DNA of 64,000 nucleotides from Acidimicrobiia bacterium (GTDB lineage: Bacteria; Actinomycetota; Acidimicrobiia; IMCC26256; PALSA-610). The notes beneath the pieces are model-generated. The model ran no database searches. It was not told the DNA's origin and was given only the letters and a program-made list of their open reading frames with translations. The stretch's first letter is position 1, and each line of letters starts with the position of its first letter. Shown piece by piece: positions 54,064 through 62,734 of the stretch. A program made the position numbers and the translations under genes. The DNA lies in contig JBBQTI010000010.1 of assembly GCA_038213435.1 (NCBI GenBank), positions 3,930 through 67,929 on the forward strand, read 5' to 3'.

Positions 54064-54117
54064 TCACCGGGACGAGCGCCTGGGATTCGAAGCGGGTCAG
54101 GCAGAATGAGAGTCTCC

Positions 54118-55632
54118 ATGGCGCGCTTCTACGTCACCACTCCCATCTACTACGTGAACGACGTCCCGCACATCGGTCACGCCTACACGACCGTTGCCGG
54201 CGACGTGCTCACCCGTTGGCGCCGGCTCTGGGGCGACGAGGTCTTCTACCTGACCGGCACCGACGAGCACGGCCTGAAGGTGCAACGCGCCGCGGAGGCG
54301 AGGGGCGTGACTCCGAAGGAACTGGTCGACGAGACGGCCGGGCACTTCCGCGACACGTGGGACGGGCTCGACATCGCCTACGACGACTTCATCCGCACAA
54401 CCGAGCCGCGTCACTACGCGGCGGTACAGAAGTTCCTGCAGACGATCTACGACGCGGGCGACATCGAGCTCGGAACCTACGAAGGCCTCTACTGCGTCTC
54501 GTGCGAGGCCTACTACGCGGAGGACGAGCTGGTCGACGGCTGTTGTCCCATCCACCTACGTCCGGTCGAGCATGTCGTCGAAGAAAATTATTTCTTCAAG
54601 CTGTCGCGCTTCACCGACCGCTTGCTTGCGCATTACGCGGAGCATCCCGACGCGGTGCAGCCCGAGTCGCGGATGAACGAAGTGCTCGGCTTCATCCGGG
54701 GTGGCCTCCAGGACTTCTCGATGAGCCGCACGTCGATCAACTGGGGTGTTCCGCTCCCCTGGGACCAGAGGCATGTCGCGTACGTGTGGGCCGACGCGTT
54801 GTTCAACTACTGCACGGCGGTGGGGTATGCGAACGACGAAGCGCGCTTCGCCAAGTGGTGGCCCGTCGACTATCACCTCGTGGGCAAGGACATCTTGCGG
54901 TTCCACGCGGTGTACTGGCCCGCGATGTTGATGGCCGCCGGTCTCGAGCCGCCGCGGTGCGTCTTCGCTCACGGCTGGTTGCTCGTCGGGGGCGAGAAGA
55001 TGAGCAAGACGGCGCTCAACCAGATCGCGCCCGCCGATCTCGTCGCCGACTTCGGTGTCGACGGTTTCCGCTACCACTTCATGGTCGACCAGCGATTCGG
55101 TCCCGACGGCGACTTCTCGTACGAGGCGATGGTGCAGCGGTACAACGCCGATCTGGCCAACAACTTCGGGAACCTCGCCAGCCGCGTGCTCAACATGGCA
55201 ATGAACTACTGCGGCGGGGTCGTTCCCGACGAGCGCGCCGACGGACCGTTACGCGAGGCGGCCGCGAGCGCCTTCTCGGGGCTCTCCGACGCGTTGACTC
55301 GTCTCGATTTCGCCGGCGGGTTTGGCTCGGTCTGGGAGCTCATCCGCGCGACGAACGCGTACATCGAGGACAGCAAGCCTTGGGAGCTCAACAAGCAGGG
55401 CGACGCGCACGCGGTCGCGAAGGTGTTGGGTGACTGTCTCGAATCGCTGCGGATCGTCGCGCTGCTCGCATCTCCGTTGATCCCGAACGCGGCGCAGGAG
55501 TTGTGGCGGCGACTCGGTCTGACGAGCCGGCCGGACGACGAGCGACTGCCCGGGGCGGTCGCTTGGGGTCGACTGCCCGCCGGCGCGTCGCTCGACAAGG
55601 GCGCGCCCCTCTTCCCGCGCAAGGAAACGTGA
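54118..55632 (+). CDS. metG: methionine--tRNA ligase
   Basis: The 'PHIGHAYT' HIGH motif and the 'KMSKT' motif are present. Confidence 0.9.
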   Translation: MARFYVTTPIYYVNDVPHIGHAYTTVAGDVLTRWRRLWGDEVFYLTGTDEHGLKVQRAAEARGVTPKELVDETAGHFRDTWDGLDIAYDDFIRTTEPRHYAAVQKFLQTIYDAGDIELGTYEGLYCVSCEAYYAEDELVDGCCPIHLRPVEHVVEENYFFKLSRFTDRLLAHYAEHPDAVQPESRMNEVLGFIRGGLQDFSMSRTSINWGVPLPWDQRHVAYVWADALFNYCTAVGYANDEARFAKWWPVDYHLVGKDILRFHAVYWPAMLMAAGLEPPRCVFAHGWLLVGGEKMSKTALNQIAPADLVADFGVDGFRYHFMVDQRFGPDGDFSYEAMVQRYNADLANNFGNLASRVLNMAMNYCGGVVPDERADGPLREAAASAFSGLSDALTRLDFAGGFGSVWELIRATNAYIEDSKPWELNKQGDAHAVAKVLGDCLESLRIVALLASPLIPNAAQELWRRLGLTSRPDDERLPGAVAWGRLPAGASLDKGAPLFPRKET

Positions 55633-56393
55633 TGGACCCGCGGTGGGTCGACTCCCACTGCCACCTGCAGCTCGCGGGAGGCGACGAGCATGTCGCGCGG
55701 GCGCGCGCCGCGGGCGTCGAGTGGATGGTGTGCGTCGGGACCGATCTCGAGACGTCGCAGGGCGCGCTGACGTTCGCCGACCTACATCCCGACGTCTACG
55801 CCACGGTCGGACTCCATCCCCACGACGCGTCGAAGCTCTCCGCCCAGTGGGAGATGCTCGAGCCGCTCGCGGTGTCCGAAGCGTGCGTCGCCGTCGGTGA
55901 GTGCGGGTTCGACCTCTTCTACGAGCACTCGCCGCGGGACGAACAGGAGGCCGCCTTCCGGTTGCAGGTGCGCGTCGCGAACGACGCGGGCAAACCGCTC
56001 GTGGTTCATTCGCGCGACGCGTGGAGCGACACGTTCCGAGTGCTCGACGACGAAGGTGTGCCCGAACGAACGATCTTCCACTGCTTCACGGGTGGTCCGG
56101 AAGAGGCGGGCGCCGCGTTCGAACGCGGTTGTTACCTGTCGTTCAGCGGCATCGTCTCGTTCAAGAACGCCGGCGCGCTTCGCGAGGCCGCGCGAATCAC
56201 TCCCGATGATCGCGTCCTCGTCGAAACGGATTCGCCGTTTCTCACGCCCGAGCCGCATCGGGGCCGGCCGAACGAACCCGCACTCGTCGTCGCGGTCGGT
56301 GCCGCGCTGGCGCGGGCGCGCGGCGTCGAGCCGGAGGAGATCGCCGAGATCACGCGCGCGAACGCGGCGCGGGTCTTCGGCGTCGAACGGTGA
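55632..56393 (+). CDS. tatD: TatD family metal-dependent hydrolase
   Basis: 'VDSHCHL', 'GECGFD', 'HSRDA' and 'ETDSPFLTP' are present. A TGATG overlap joins it to metG. Confidence 0.85.
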   Translation: MDPRWVDSHCHLQLAGGDEHVARARAAGVEWMVCVGTDLETSQGALTFADLHPDVYATVGLHPHDASKLSAQWEMLEPLAVSEACVAVGECGFDLFYEHSPRDEQEAAFRLQVRVANDAGKPLVVHSRDAWSDTFRVLDDEGVPERTIFHCFTGGPEEAGAAFERGCYLSFSGIVSFKNAGALREAARITPDDRVLVETDSPFLTPEPHRGRPNEPALVVAVGAALARARGVEPEEIAEITRANAARVFGVER

Positions 56394-57190
56394 CCCCGAG
56401 CGAGATACGCGAGCTCCTCGCGCGCCACGGGGTCCGGCCGTCGAGAGCGCTGGGTCAGAACTTCCTCGCCGATCCGAACACCGCGCGCCGGATCGTTCGC
56501 CTCGCTGAGGTGCAACCCGACGAGCGGGTCGTCGAGGTCGGTCCGGGTATGGGGTCGCTTACCGTCGCGTTGGCCGACGCGGGTGCACACGTGTGCGCGA
56601 TCGAGCTCGATCGTCATCTGGTGCCCATCCTCGAGGACGTCGTGGCCGGTCGCAATGTCGCGGTCGTGCACGACGACGCGTTGCGCGTCGACTGGGAAGC
56701 GCGGCTCGGCTCACAGTCTTGGGTCATGGTGGCGAACCTGCCGTACAATGTCGCGACACCGGTCGTCGTGCGCGCGCTCGAAACCGCACCCATGATCAAA
56801 AGACTGTTGGTCATGGTGCAGCGCGAGGTGGGGGAGCGGCTGGCCGCCGGCGTCGGCGACGACGCGTATGGTGCAGTGTCGGTGAAAGTCGCGTACTACG
56901 CAACGGCGAAGGTGGTGGGCACCGTGTCGCCGAACGTCTTCGTTCCCAAGCCCAAGGTCGAGAGCGCGTTGGTACGGATCCTTCGGCACGAACGGCCGCC
57001 CGTCAGGGTGCAGAACGTCAGTCGCATGTTCGACCTCGTACGGGCAGGATTCGCGACGCGGCGCAAGACGCTGCGCAACACCCTGGAGGGCCGGGTCGAC
57101 GCCGAACGATTCGCGCGGGCGCAGGTCGACCCGCAGGCGCGCGCCGAGACCCTTTCGCTCGCGGATTGGGCGAAGCTCGCCGATGCGTGA
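56390..57190 (+). CDS. rsmA: 16S rRNA (adenine1518/1519-N6)-dimethyltransferase
   Basis: 'LGQNFL', 'VVEVGPGMGSLT' and 'VANLPYNV' are present. It has a GTGA overlap with the upstream gene. Confidence 0.9.
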   Translation: MTPSEIRELLARHGVRPSRALGQNFLADPNTARRIVRLAEVQPDERVVEVGPGMGSLTVALADAGAHVCAIELDRHLVPILEDVVAGRNVAVVHDDALRVDWEARLGSQSWVMVANLPYNVATPVVVRALETAPMIKRLLVMVQREVGERLAAGVGDDAYGAVSVKVAYYATAKVVGTVSPNVFVPKPKVESALVRILRHERPPVRVQNVSRMFDLVRAGFATRRKTLRNTLEGRVDAERFARAQVDPQARAETLSLADWAKLADA

Positions 57191-57956
57191 GGTCAGGGTC
57201 GACGCGTTCGCGAAGCTCACGCTGTCGCTGCACGTCACCGGTACGCGCGCGGACGGATTTCACGAGCTCGACGCGACGATGGTCTCGATCGACGAACCGC
57301 ACGACTCGCTCGTGCTCAAACCGGCGACGCGTACGTCGTTGACGATCACGGGCCCGTTCGCGGATGGCGTACCCGCCGACGCATCGAATCTGGCCTGGCG
57401 CGCGGCCGACGCGTGCCGGACAACCCTCGAGATCGAGCTGCACAAGGGCATCCCGCCGGGTGCCGGCCTCGGCGGCGGTTCCGCCGACGCGGCCGCCGTG
57501 CTCGTTGCCTTGCAGGCCGACCCCCGGCTCGCCCCGGCGCTCGGGGCCGACGTTCCGTTTTGCATGCGGGGCGGGTTCGCGCGCGTCCGCGGCATCGGCG
57601 ACGAGCTGGAGGCCGGCCACCCGCCGGGGCTGGTGATCGTGGTCGCCACGCCGCGCTTCAGCTGCTCGAGCGCCGCCGTGTACCGCGCGTGGGACGCGCT
57701 CGGCGGTCCGCACAACGAGGTCAACGACCTTCAGGCGGCCGCCGAGCATGTCGAGCCGCGCCTGGTCGAGTTCAAGCGGCGCGTCGAGGACGCCGCGGGC
57801 GCGCCCGCGATCCTGGCCGGTAGCGGCTCGTCGTACGCGGTCGTGCTCGAACGCGTCGTCGGCGCCGAGCGGGCGCGCGCCCGCGTCGCGGCAGCGGTCT
57901 CGGGTTCGGTGTGGCTCGCGTCGACCGTCTCCGCCGGGGTCGTGCTCGATCCTTGA
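57183..57956 (+). CDS. ispE: 4-diphosphocytidyl-2-C-methyl-D-erythritol kinase
   Basis: 'AKLTLSLHV', the 'GIPPGAGLGGGSADAAA' GHMP kinase motif and 'GSGSS' are present. Confidence 0.85.
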   Translation: MREVRVDAFAKLTLSLHVTGTRADGFHELDATMVSIDEPHDSLVLKPATRTSLTITGPFADGVPADASNLAWRAADACRTTLEIELHKGIPPGAGLGGGSADAAAVLVALQADPRLAPALGADVPFCMRGGFARVRGIGDELEAGHPPGLVIVVATPRFSCSSAAVYRAWDALGGPHNEVNDLQAAAEHVEPRLVEFKRRVEDAAGAPAILAGSGSSYAVVLERVVGAERARARVAAAVSGSVWLASTVSAGVVLDP

Positions 57957-57979
57957 ACGCGCGAAGGGCGAACGCGAAA

Positions 57980-58003
57980 CGGCCGCCCCCGGCGGGGCGG
58001 CCG
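57980..58003. terminator. GC-rich hairpin (10-bp perfect stem, 4-nt loop), candidate bidirectional terminator
   Basis: CGGCCGCCCC-CGGC-GGGGCGGCCG lies between the convergent ispE and bS22 genes. T-containing tracts flank it on both strands. Confidence 0.5.
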
Positions 58004-58007
58004 CTGC

Positions 58008-58109
58008 CTACTTTCCCTGTTGGCGACGTTGCCAGCGGGTCTTCTTCAGCAGCTTCTTGTGCTTCTTCTTGCGCATGCGCTTTCGGCGCTTCTTGATCAA
58101 TGAGCCCAT
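58008..58109 (-). CDS. ribosomal protein bS22 (33 aa: MGSLIKKRRKRMRKKKHKKLLKKTRWQRRQQGK)
   Basis: It closely matches the actinobacterial bS22 pattern (MGSVIKKRRKRM.KKKHRKLL..TR.QRR). It is the only real part of the 554-aa track ORF 58008..59672. Confidence 0.75.
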   Translation of the reverse strand: MGSLIKKRRKRMRKKKHKKLLKKTRWQRRQQGK

Positions 58110-58175
58110 GGCGAATGTCGAACCTACCAGAAGCCGCGAGAGAGCCCCGTAGCGGCAGCTATCGTCGATGTCGTT

Positions 58176-58246
58176 TCGGGGGTGGTGTAACGGCAGCACA
58201 AGGTCCTTTGGAGTCCTGAGTCGAGGTTCGAACCCTCGCCCCCGAG
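58176..58246 (+). tRNA. tRNA-Gln (anticodon UUG)
   Basis: Hand-folded: 7-bp acceptor stem (U1-A72, discriminator G73), D-arm GTGT/GCAC, anticodon loop CU-UUG-GA (one U-U mismatch in the stem), 4-nt variable loop, T-arm CGAGG-TTCGAAC-CCTCG. CCA is not encoded. Confidence 0.8.
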
Positions 58247-58331
58247 CCCGGGCGGAAATGAAAGGAGATGAAGGCGGAGGCGACCGAAGGGGAGTCGTAG
58301 CCGGAATCGGACCCATGAAGAGGGAGCTCAT

Positions 58332-59726
58332 ATGAAGCAGTACCGACCCCTGAGCGCAGTGGTTCTCGCCGCGGGGGAGGGCACGCGGATGCGTTCGGGT
58401 ACGCCGAAGTTGTTGCATCCGCTCTGCGGTCGGCCGATGGTGCTGCACGTCGTCGACGCGCTCGCCGAGCTGCCGCTCGAACGGATCGTCGTGGTCGTCG
58501 GACACGCGGCCGAGAGGGTGACGAAGGCGTTGCACGACCAGCTCGTCACCGAGGTGCCCGTCGAGTTCGTCGAGCAACGGGTGCAGCGCGGCACCGGCGA
58601 CGCGGTGAGCGTGGCGCTTACCGTCTTCGAAGATCTCGATGCCGAGGACGACATCCTCGTGCTTCCCGGGGACGCGCCCCTCGTGCGCGCGGAGACGATC
58701 GCAAGGCTCGCGACCGAGCACCGCTTGCAGGACGCGGCGGCAGCGATCCTCACCGCGACGGTCGCGGAGCCGGATGGTCTCGGCCGCGTCGTGCGCGGTA
58801 AGGACGGGCGCGTCGCGGCGGTCGTGGAACACGCCGACGCGACCGACGAAGAGCGCGAGATCAACGAGATAAACACCTCTATCTATTGCTTCCGGCGGGG
58901 CCTCCTCGCTCCGACGTTGCGCCGCTTGAGCCCGGAGAACGCGCAGGGCGAGTACTACCTGACCGACGCGATCGCCGTCCTGCGCGCCGCCGGACACAAC
59001 GTCATCACGCTGGAGACCGAGGATCCGGCCGAGGCCATCATGGTCAACGACCGCGTGCAGCTCGCCGAGGCCGAGGCCGAGCTCCGGCGGCGCATCAATC
59101 GCGTGTGGATGCGCGCCGGTGTCACGATGGTCGATCCGGCGACGACCTACATCGACGCGACAGTCGAGCTCGAGACCGACGTCCGGCTGCTCCCCGGCAC
59201 GATCCTCGAAGGTCGGACGGTCGTCGGGGCCGGCTCGGTCGTCGGACCTGACTGTCGCCTGACGGACGTCGTCGTCGGCGAGGGCGTCCGCATCTCGAAC
59301 GCGGTCGCGCGCGAATGCGAGATCGGCGACGACTGTGAGGTGGGTCCGTTCGCCTTCGTGCGGCCGGGAACGCGGCTGGCTGCCGGCGTGAAGATCGGGA
59401 CCTACGTAGAGATCAAGAATTCCGAGATCGGCGAGGGGACGAAGGTCCCGCACCTGTCGTACGTCGGCGACGCCGACATCGGATCGGGTGTGAACCTGGG
59501 CGCGAGCACGATCACCGCCAACTACGACGGCGAGAACAAGCATCGCACGACGATCGGCGATGGCGTGCACACCGGCGTCCACACCTCGCTCGTCGCGCCG
59601 GTCGAGATCGGTGACGATGCCGACACGGGCGCGGGGTCGGTCGTCACCAGCGACGTTGCCCCCGGGCGCCATGTGCGCGGGGTTCCGGCGCGCGACACGC
59701 GCCCGACGCGCGAGGATGGCGCTTGA
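58332..59726 (+). CDS. glmU: bifunctional UDP-GlcNAc diphosphorylase / GlcN-1-P N-acetyltransferase
   Basis: 'VVLAAGEGTRM.S..PKLLHPL' is present, and the C-terminal half has left-handed beta-helix hexapeptide repeats. Confidence 0.9.
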   Translation: MKQYRPLSAVVLAAGEGTRMRSGTPKLLHPLCGRPMVLHVVDALAELPLERIVVVVGHAAERVTKALHDQLVTEVPVEFVEQRVQRGTGDAVSVALTVFEDLDAEDDILVLPGDAPLVRAETIARLATEHRLQDAAAAILTATVAEPDGLGRVVRGKDGRVAAVVEHADATDEEREINEINTSIYCFRRGLLAPTLRRLSPENAQGEYYLTDAIAVLRAAGHNVITLETEDPAEAIMVNDRVQLAEAEAELRRRINRVWMRAGVTMVDPATTYIDATVELETDVRLLPGTILEGRTVVGAGSVVGPDCRLTDVVVGEGVRISNAVARECEIGDDCEVGPFAFVRPGTRLAAGVKIGTYVEIKNSEIGEGTKVPHLSYVGDADIGSGVNLGASTITANYDGENKHRTTIGDGVHTGVHTSLVAPVEIGDDADTGAGSVVTSDVAPGRHVRGVPARDTRPTREDGA

Positions 59727-60694
59727 TGGAGCTGATCACGAAGAAGCGGTTGATTCTGGTGGCGGGTCGGGGTCACTCGGAGCTGTCGACCGAGGTCGCC
59801 GCACACCTGAAGATCCCGCTCGGTGAGTGCGTGCTCTCGACGTTCGCCAACGGTGAGATCTACTGCCGTTACGGCGAGAACATCCGTAGCGCCGACGTCT
59901 TCGTATTCCAGACGCACGGCGGCTCGATCAACGATCTGCTCATGGAGCAGCTCATCATGATCGACGCCGCGAAACGCGCGTCGGCGAAGCGGATCACCGC
60001 CGTTTGCCCCTTCTACGGTTACGCGCGCCAGGACCGCAAGGCCGAAGGCCGAGAGCCGATCACGGCGCGCCTCGTCGCCGATATGTTGACGGCCGCGGGC
60101 GCGGACCGTGTGGTCACCGTCGACCTGCACACCGGCCAGATCCAGGGCTTCTTCGACTACCCGGTCGACCACCTCACGGCGGTGCCCGTGATCGCGGAGT
60201 ACCTGAAGCACAACGTCGTAGATGACGCGGTGATCGTGGCCCCCGACGCGGGTGGCGGCAAGCTTGCCCGCCGCTTCGCCGACCGGCTCAACGCCGATAT
60301 CGCGTTCATCGACAAGCGCCGGCCCAAGGGCACACACAACGTGGCGGTCGCGACGGAGGTCGTCGGCGACATCGACGGTCGCACGTGCATCATCGTCGAC
60401 GACATCATCGACACGGCCGGTACCGTGGTCAGCGCGGCCAACCTGCTCATCGATCGTGGCGCGGTCGAGGTGTACATCGCGGCGACACACGGGTTGCTTT
60501 CGGGCCCTGCAGTCGATCGCCTGAAGAACGGGCCGATTCGCGAGGTCGTCGTAACGAACACGGTGCCGATCTCCGACGAGAAGCGCTTCGACAACCTGCG
60601 CGTGCTCTCGATCGCGTCCCTCCTCGCGGCGGCGATCGACGCCGTGTTCGAAGACGGCTCGGTGAGCGAGCTCTTCGGCGGCGACAACATGTGA
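59723..60694 (+). CDS. prs: ribose-phosphate diphosphokinase
   Basis: 'FANGEIY', 'YARQDRK' and the 'IVDDIIDTAGT' PRPP-binding loop are present. Confidence 0.9.
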   Translation: MMELITKKRLILVAGRGHSELSTEVAAHLKIPLGECVLSTFANGEIYCRYGENIRSADVFVFQTHGGSINDLLMEQLIMIDAAKRASAKRITAVCPFYGYARQDRKAEGREPITARLVADMLTAAGADRVVTVDLHTGQIQGFFDYPVDHLTAVPVIAEYLKHNVVDDAVIVAPDAGGGKLARRFADRLNADIAFIDKRRPKGTHNVAVATEVVGDIDGRTCIIVDDIIDTAGTVVSAANLLIDRGAVEVYIAATHGLLSGPAVDRLKNGPIREVVVTNTVPISDEKRFDNLRVLSIASLLAAAIDAVFEDGSVSELFGGDNM

Positions 60695-60704
60695 TGAGGG
60701 AAGA

Positions 60705-61310
60705 TTGATGAACGCTCGCGTGTTCATGCTCGTTCTCGCCGTGGTCGCGCTTTCGCTGGCCGCGTGCGGGAGCTCGTCGAAATCGAGCGGGCCGGCGCCC
60801 TACCCCGCGCCGAGCGATCCGATGGCACGGGCGCGAGCCGCGGGACTCGTCCCGGAGACGGCGGAGCAGCTCCGGTACCACGTGCACGCGCATCTCGACG
60901 TCTTCATCGACGGTAAGCACATCATCGTGCCGGCCGGACTCGGGATCGACATCACCAACCCCCGCGTACATGAGTTGACCACCGACGGAATGCCGTCGTA
61001 CGGCGCCATCAGCGTTCCTTGCGACGAGCCGTGCATCTCGCCGCTCCACACGCACGACGTCACCGGCGTCATCCACACCGAGTCGTCGACGCGCAAGGAC
61101 AACACGCTCGGGCAACTCTTCACCGAGTGGGGTGTCCGGCTCGATGCGAACTGCTTTGCCACCTACTGCAAGCCGGCGAAGTCGGTCGCGGTCTACGTCG
61201 ACGGCAAGCAGTTCGCGGGCGACCCGAGGACGATCCCGTTGAGCGACCGCAAGGAGATCGCCATCGTCGTCGGTACGCCACCCGCTCAGATCCCCAACAC
61301 GGCTTTTTAG
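60705..61310 (+). CDS. lipoprotein, unknown function
   Basis: The signal peptide plus lipobox is 'LSLAAC'. His-rich motifs 'YHVHAHLDV' and 'PLHTHD' are present. Confidence 0.6.
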   Translation: MMNARVFMLVLAVVALSLAACGSSSKSSGPAPYPAPSDPMARARAAGLVPETAEQLRYHVHAHLDVFIDGKHIIVPAGLGIDITNPRVHELTTDGMPSYGAISVPCDEPCISPLHTHDVTGVIHTESSTRKDNTLGQLFTEWGVRLDANCFATYCKPAKSVAVYVDGKQFAGDPRTIPLSDRKEIAIVVGTPPAQIPNTAF

Positions 61311-61395
61311 ACCCGATCCCGGGGATTCTCGTCCGCCCCCCGTGGTGCGCGACAATCTCCTGCTCACCTTTTCGTCTCACCAGGATCGACGTGCC

Positions 61396-62055
61396 ATGGC
61401 TGACGCCACGCTCATTGCAGAACGCCGCCCCACCGCCGGCAAGCGTCCGGCCGGCCGCATCCGCCGGGAGGGACTCGTCCCGGCCGTCGTGTACGGCCTG
61501 GGCGACGACAACGTCTCGGTCTCGGTTTCCTCGCGCGAGCTCGTACACATCCTGTCGGGCGGTAGTGGCATGAACACGCTGATCACGTTGAAGATCGACG
61601 GCGCCGACGAGCTCGCGATCGCGCGCCAGATCCAGCGCCACCCGGTCAAGGGCACGGTGATGCACGTCGACTTCGTGCGCGTGCGGGCCGACCAGACCAT
61701 CCAGGCCGAGATCCCCGTGCACCTCACCGGCGAAGCCGAGGGTGCGGTGCGGGGCGGCATCCTGGAGCAGCTCGTGCACACGCTCACCGTCGAGGCGAAG
61801 CCGAGCGACTTTCCCCCGTCGATCGAGTACGACGTCAGCGCGCTCGAGATCGGCGAGCAGGTGTACGTGCGCGATCTCGCCGTGCCACCCAAGGTCACCG
61901 TGCTCCAGGAGGGCGACGACCTCGTCGCACAGATCTCCGCGCCGCGAGTTGCGGAGGTGGAGGAAGGTGCCGAGGCCGAAGCCGATGCCGAAGCCGCCGC
62001 GGGCGCGGTTGCCGAAGGCGGCGCCGCGCCGGCCGAGGCGCCCCCCGAGGAGTAG
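61396..62055 (+). CDS. rplY: ribosomal protein bL25 (Ctc form)
   Basis: 'RREGLVPAVVYG', 'HPVKGTVMHVDF' and an acidic/Ala-rich tail are present. Confidence 0.85.
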   Translation: MADATLIAERRPTAGKRPAGRIRREGLVPAVVYGLGDDNVSVSVSSRELVHILSGGSGMNTLITLKIDGADELAIARQIQRHPVKGTVMHVDFVRVRADQTIQAEIPVHLTGEAEGAVRGGILEQLVHTLTVEAKPSDFPPSIEYDVSALEIGEQVYVRDLAVPPKVTVLQEGDDLVAQISAPRVAEVEEGAEAEADAEAAAGAVAEGGAAPAEAPPEE

Positions 62056-62064
62056 CGGGTTCTC

Positions 62065-62652
62065 GTGCCCGTCGACCTCTTGGTGGTCGGGCTCGGCAAT
62101 CCCGGCGACGAGTTCTCGCGTACCCGTCACAACGTCGGCGCCGAGGTCGTCGAGCTGCTCGCGCGCCGACACGGTGGGAAATTGCGAGGATCGAGGGGTC
62201 GCGCGCGCAGCGACGAGGTGCGGATCGGAGACAAGCGGGTCGCGCTCGCGATCCCGCTCACCTACATGAACGACTCGGGTGAGGCGGTCGGCGCGCTGGC
62301 GCGCCGTCTCGGCATCGAACCCGGTCGAATCGTCATCGTGCACGACGAGCTCGATCTCGAACCGGCGATGCTGCGGCTGAAGTTCGGCGGCGGCCTGGCG
62401 GGCCACAACGGTCTGCGATCGATCAAGCAGCATCTGCACACCGACGAGTTCACGCGAGTGCGGATCGGCGTCGGCAAGCCCTCCTCCAAGGAGCGCGGCG
62501 CCGACCATGTGCTGTCACGCGTCTCCAAGCGCGAGCGCGAGGCGATGGACGTGACCATCGAGGAGGCGGCCGACGCCGTCGAGCGCATCGTGACCGATGG
62601 CGTCGAGGCGGCGATGAACCGCTTCAACGGCCGCGTCGCCGGCCCGGACTGA
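62065..62652 (+). CDS. pth: peptidyl-tRNA hydrolase
   Basis: 'LVVGLGNPG..Y..TRHNVG', 'YMNDSGEAV' and 'GHNGLRSI' are present. The start is GTG. Confidence 0.9.
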   Translation: MPVDLLVVGLGNPGDEFSRTRHNVGAEVVELLARRHGGKLRGSRGRARSDEVRIGDKRVALAIPLTYMNDSGEAVGALARRLGIEPGRIVIVHDELDLEPAMLRLKFGGGLAGHNGLRSIKQHLHTDEFTRVRIGVGKPSSKERGADHVLSRVSKREREAMDVTIEEAADAVERIVTDGVEAAMNRFNGRVAGPD

Positions 62653-62734
62653 GGGCCCCGGCCGGGATACCAACGTCTACGCTGGTCTGATCACCCCCGG
62701 GGGCGCGCCCGCGCTCTCGGGTTGTACGCGCGCC

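Noticed and set aside
62694-62703. A CCCCCGGGGG palindrome upstream of mfd.
   Set aside because: It is a short GC palindrome expected by chance in this composition. There is no supporting context.
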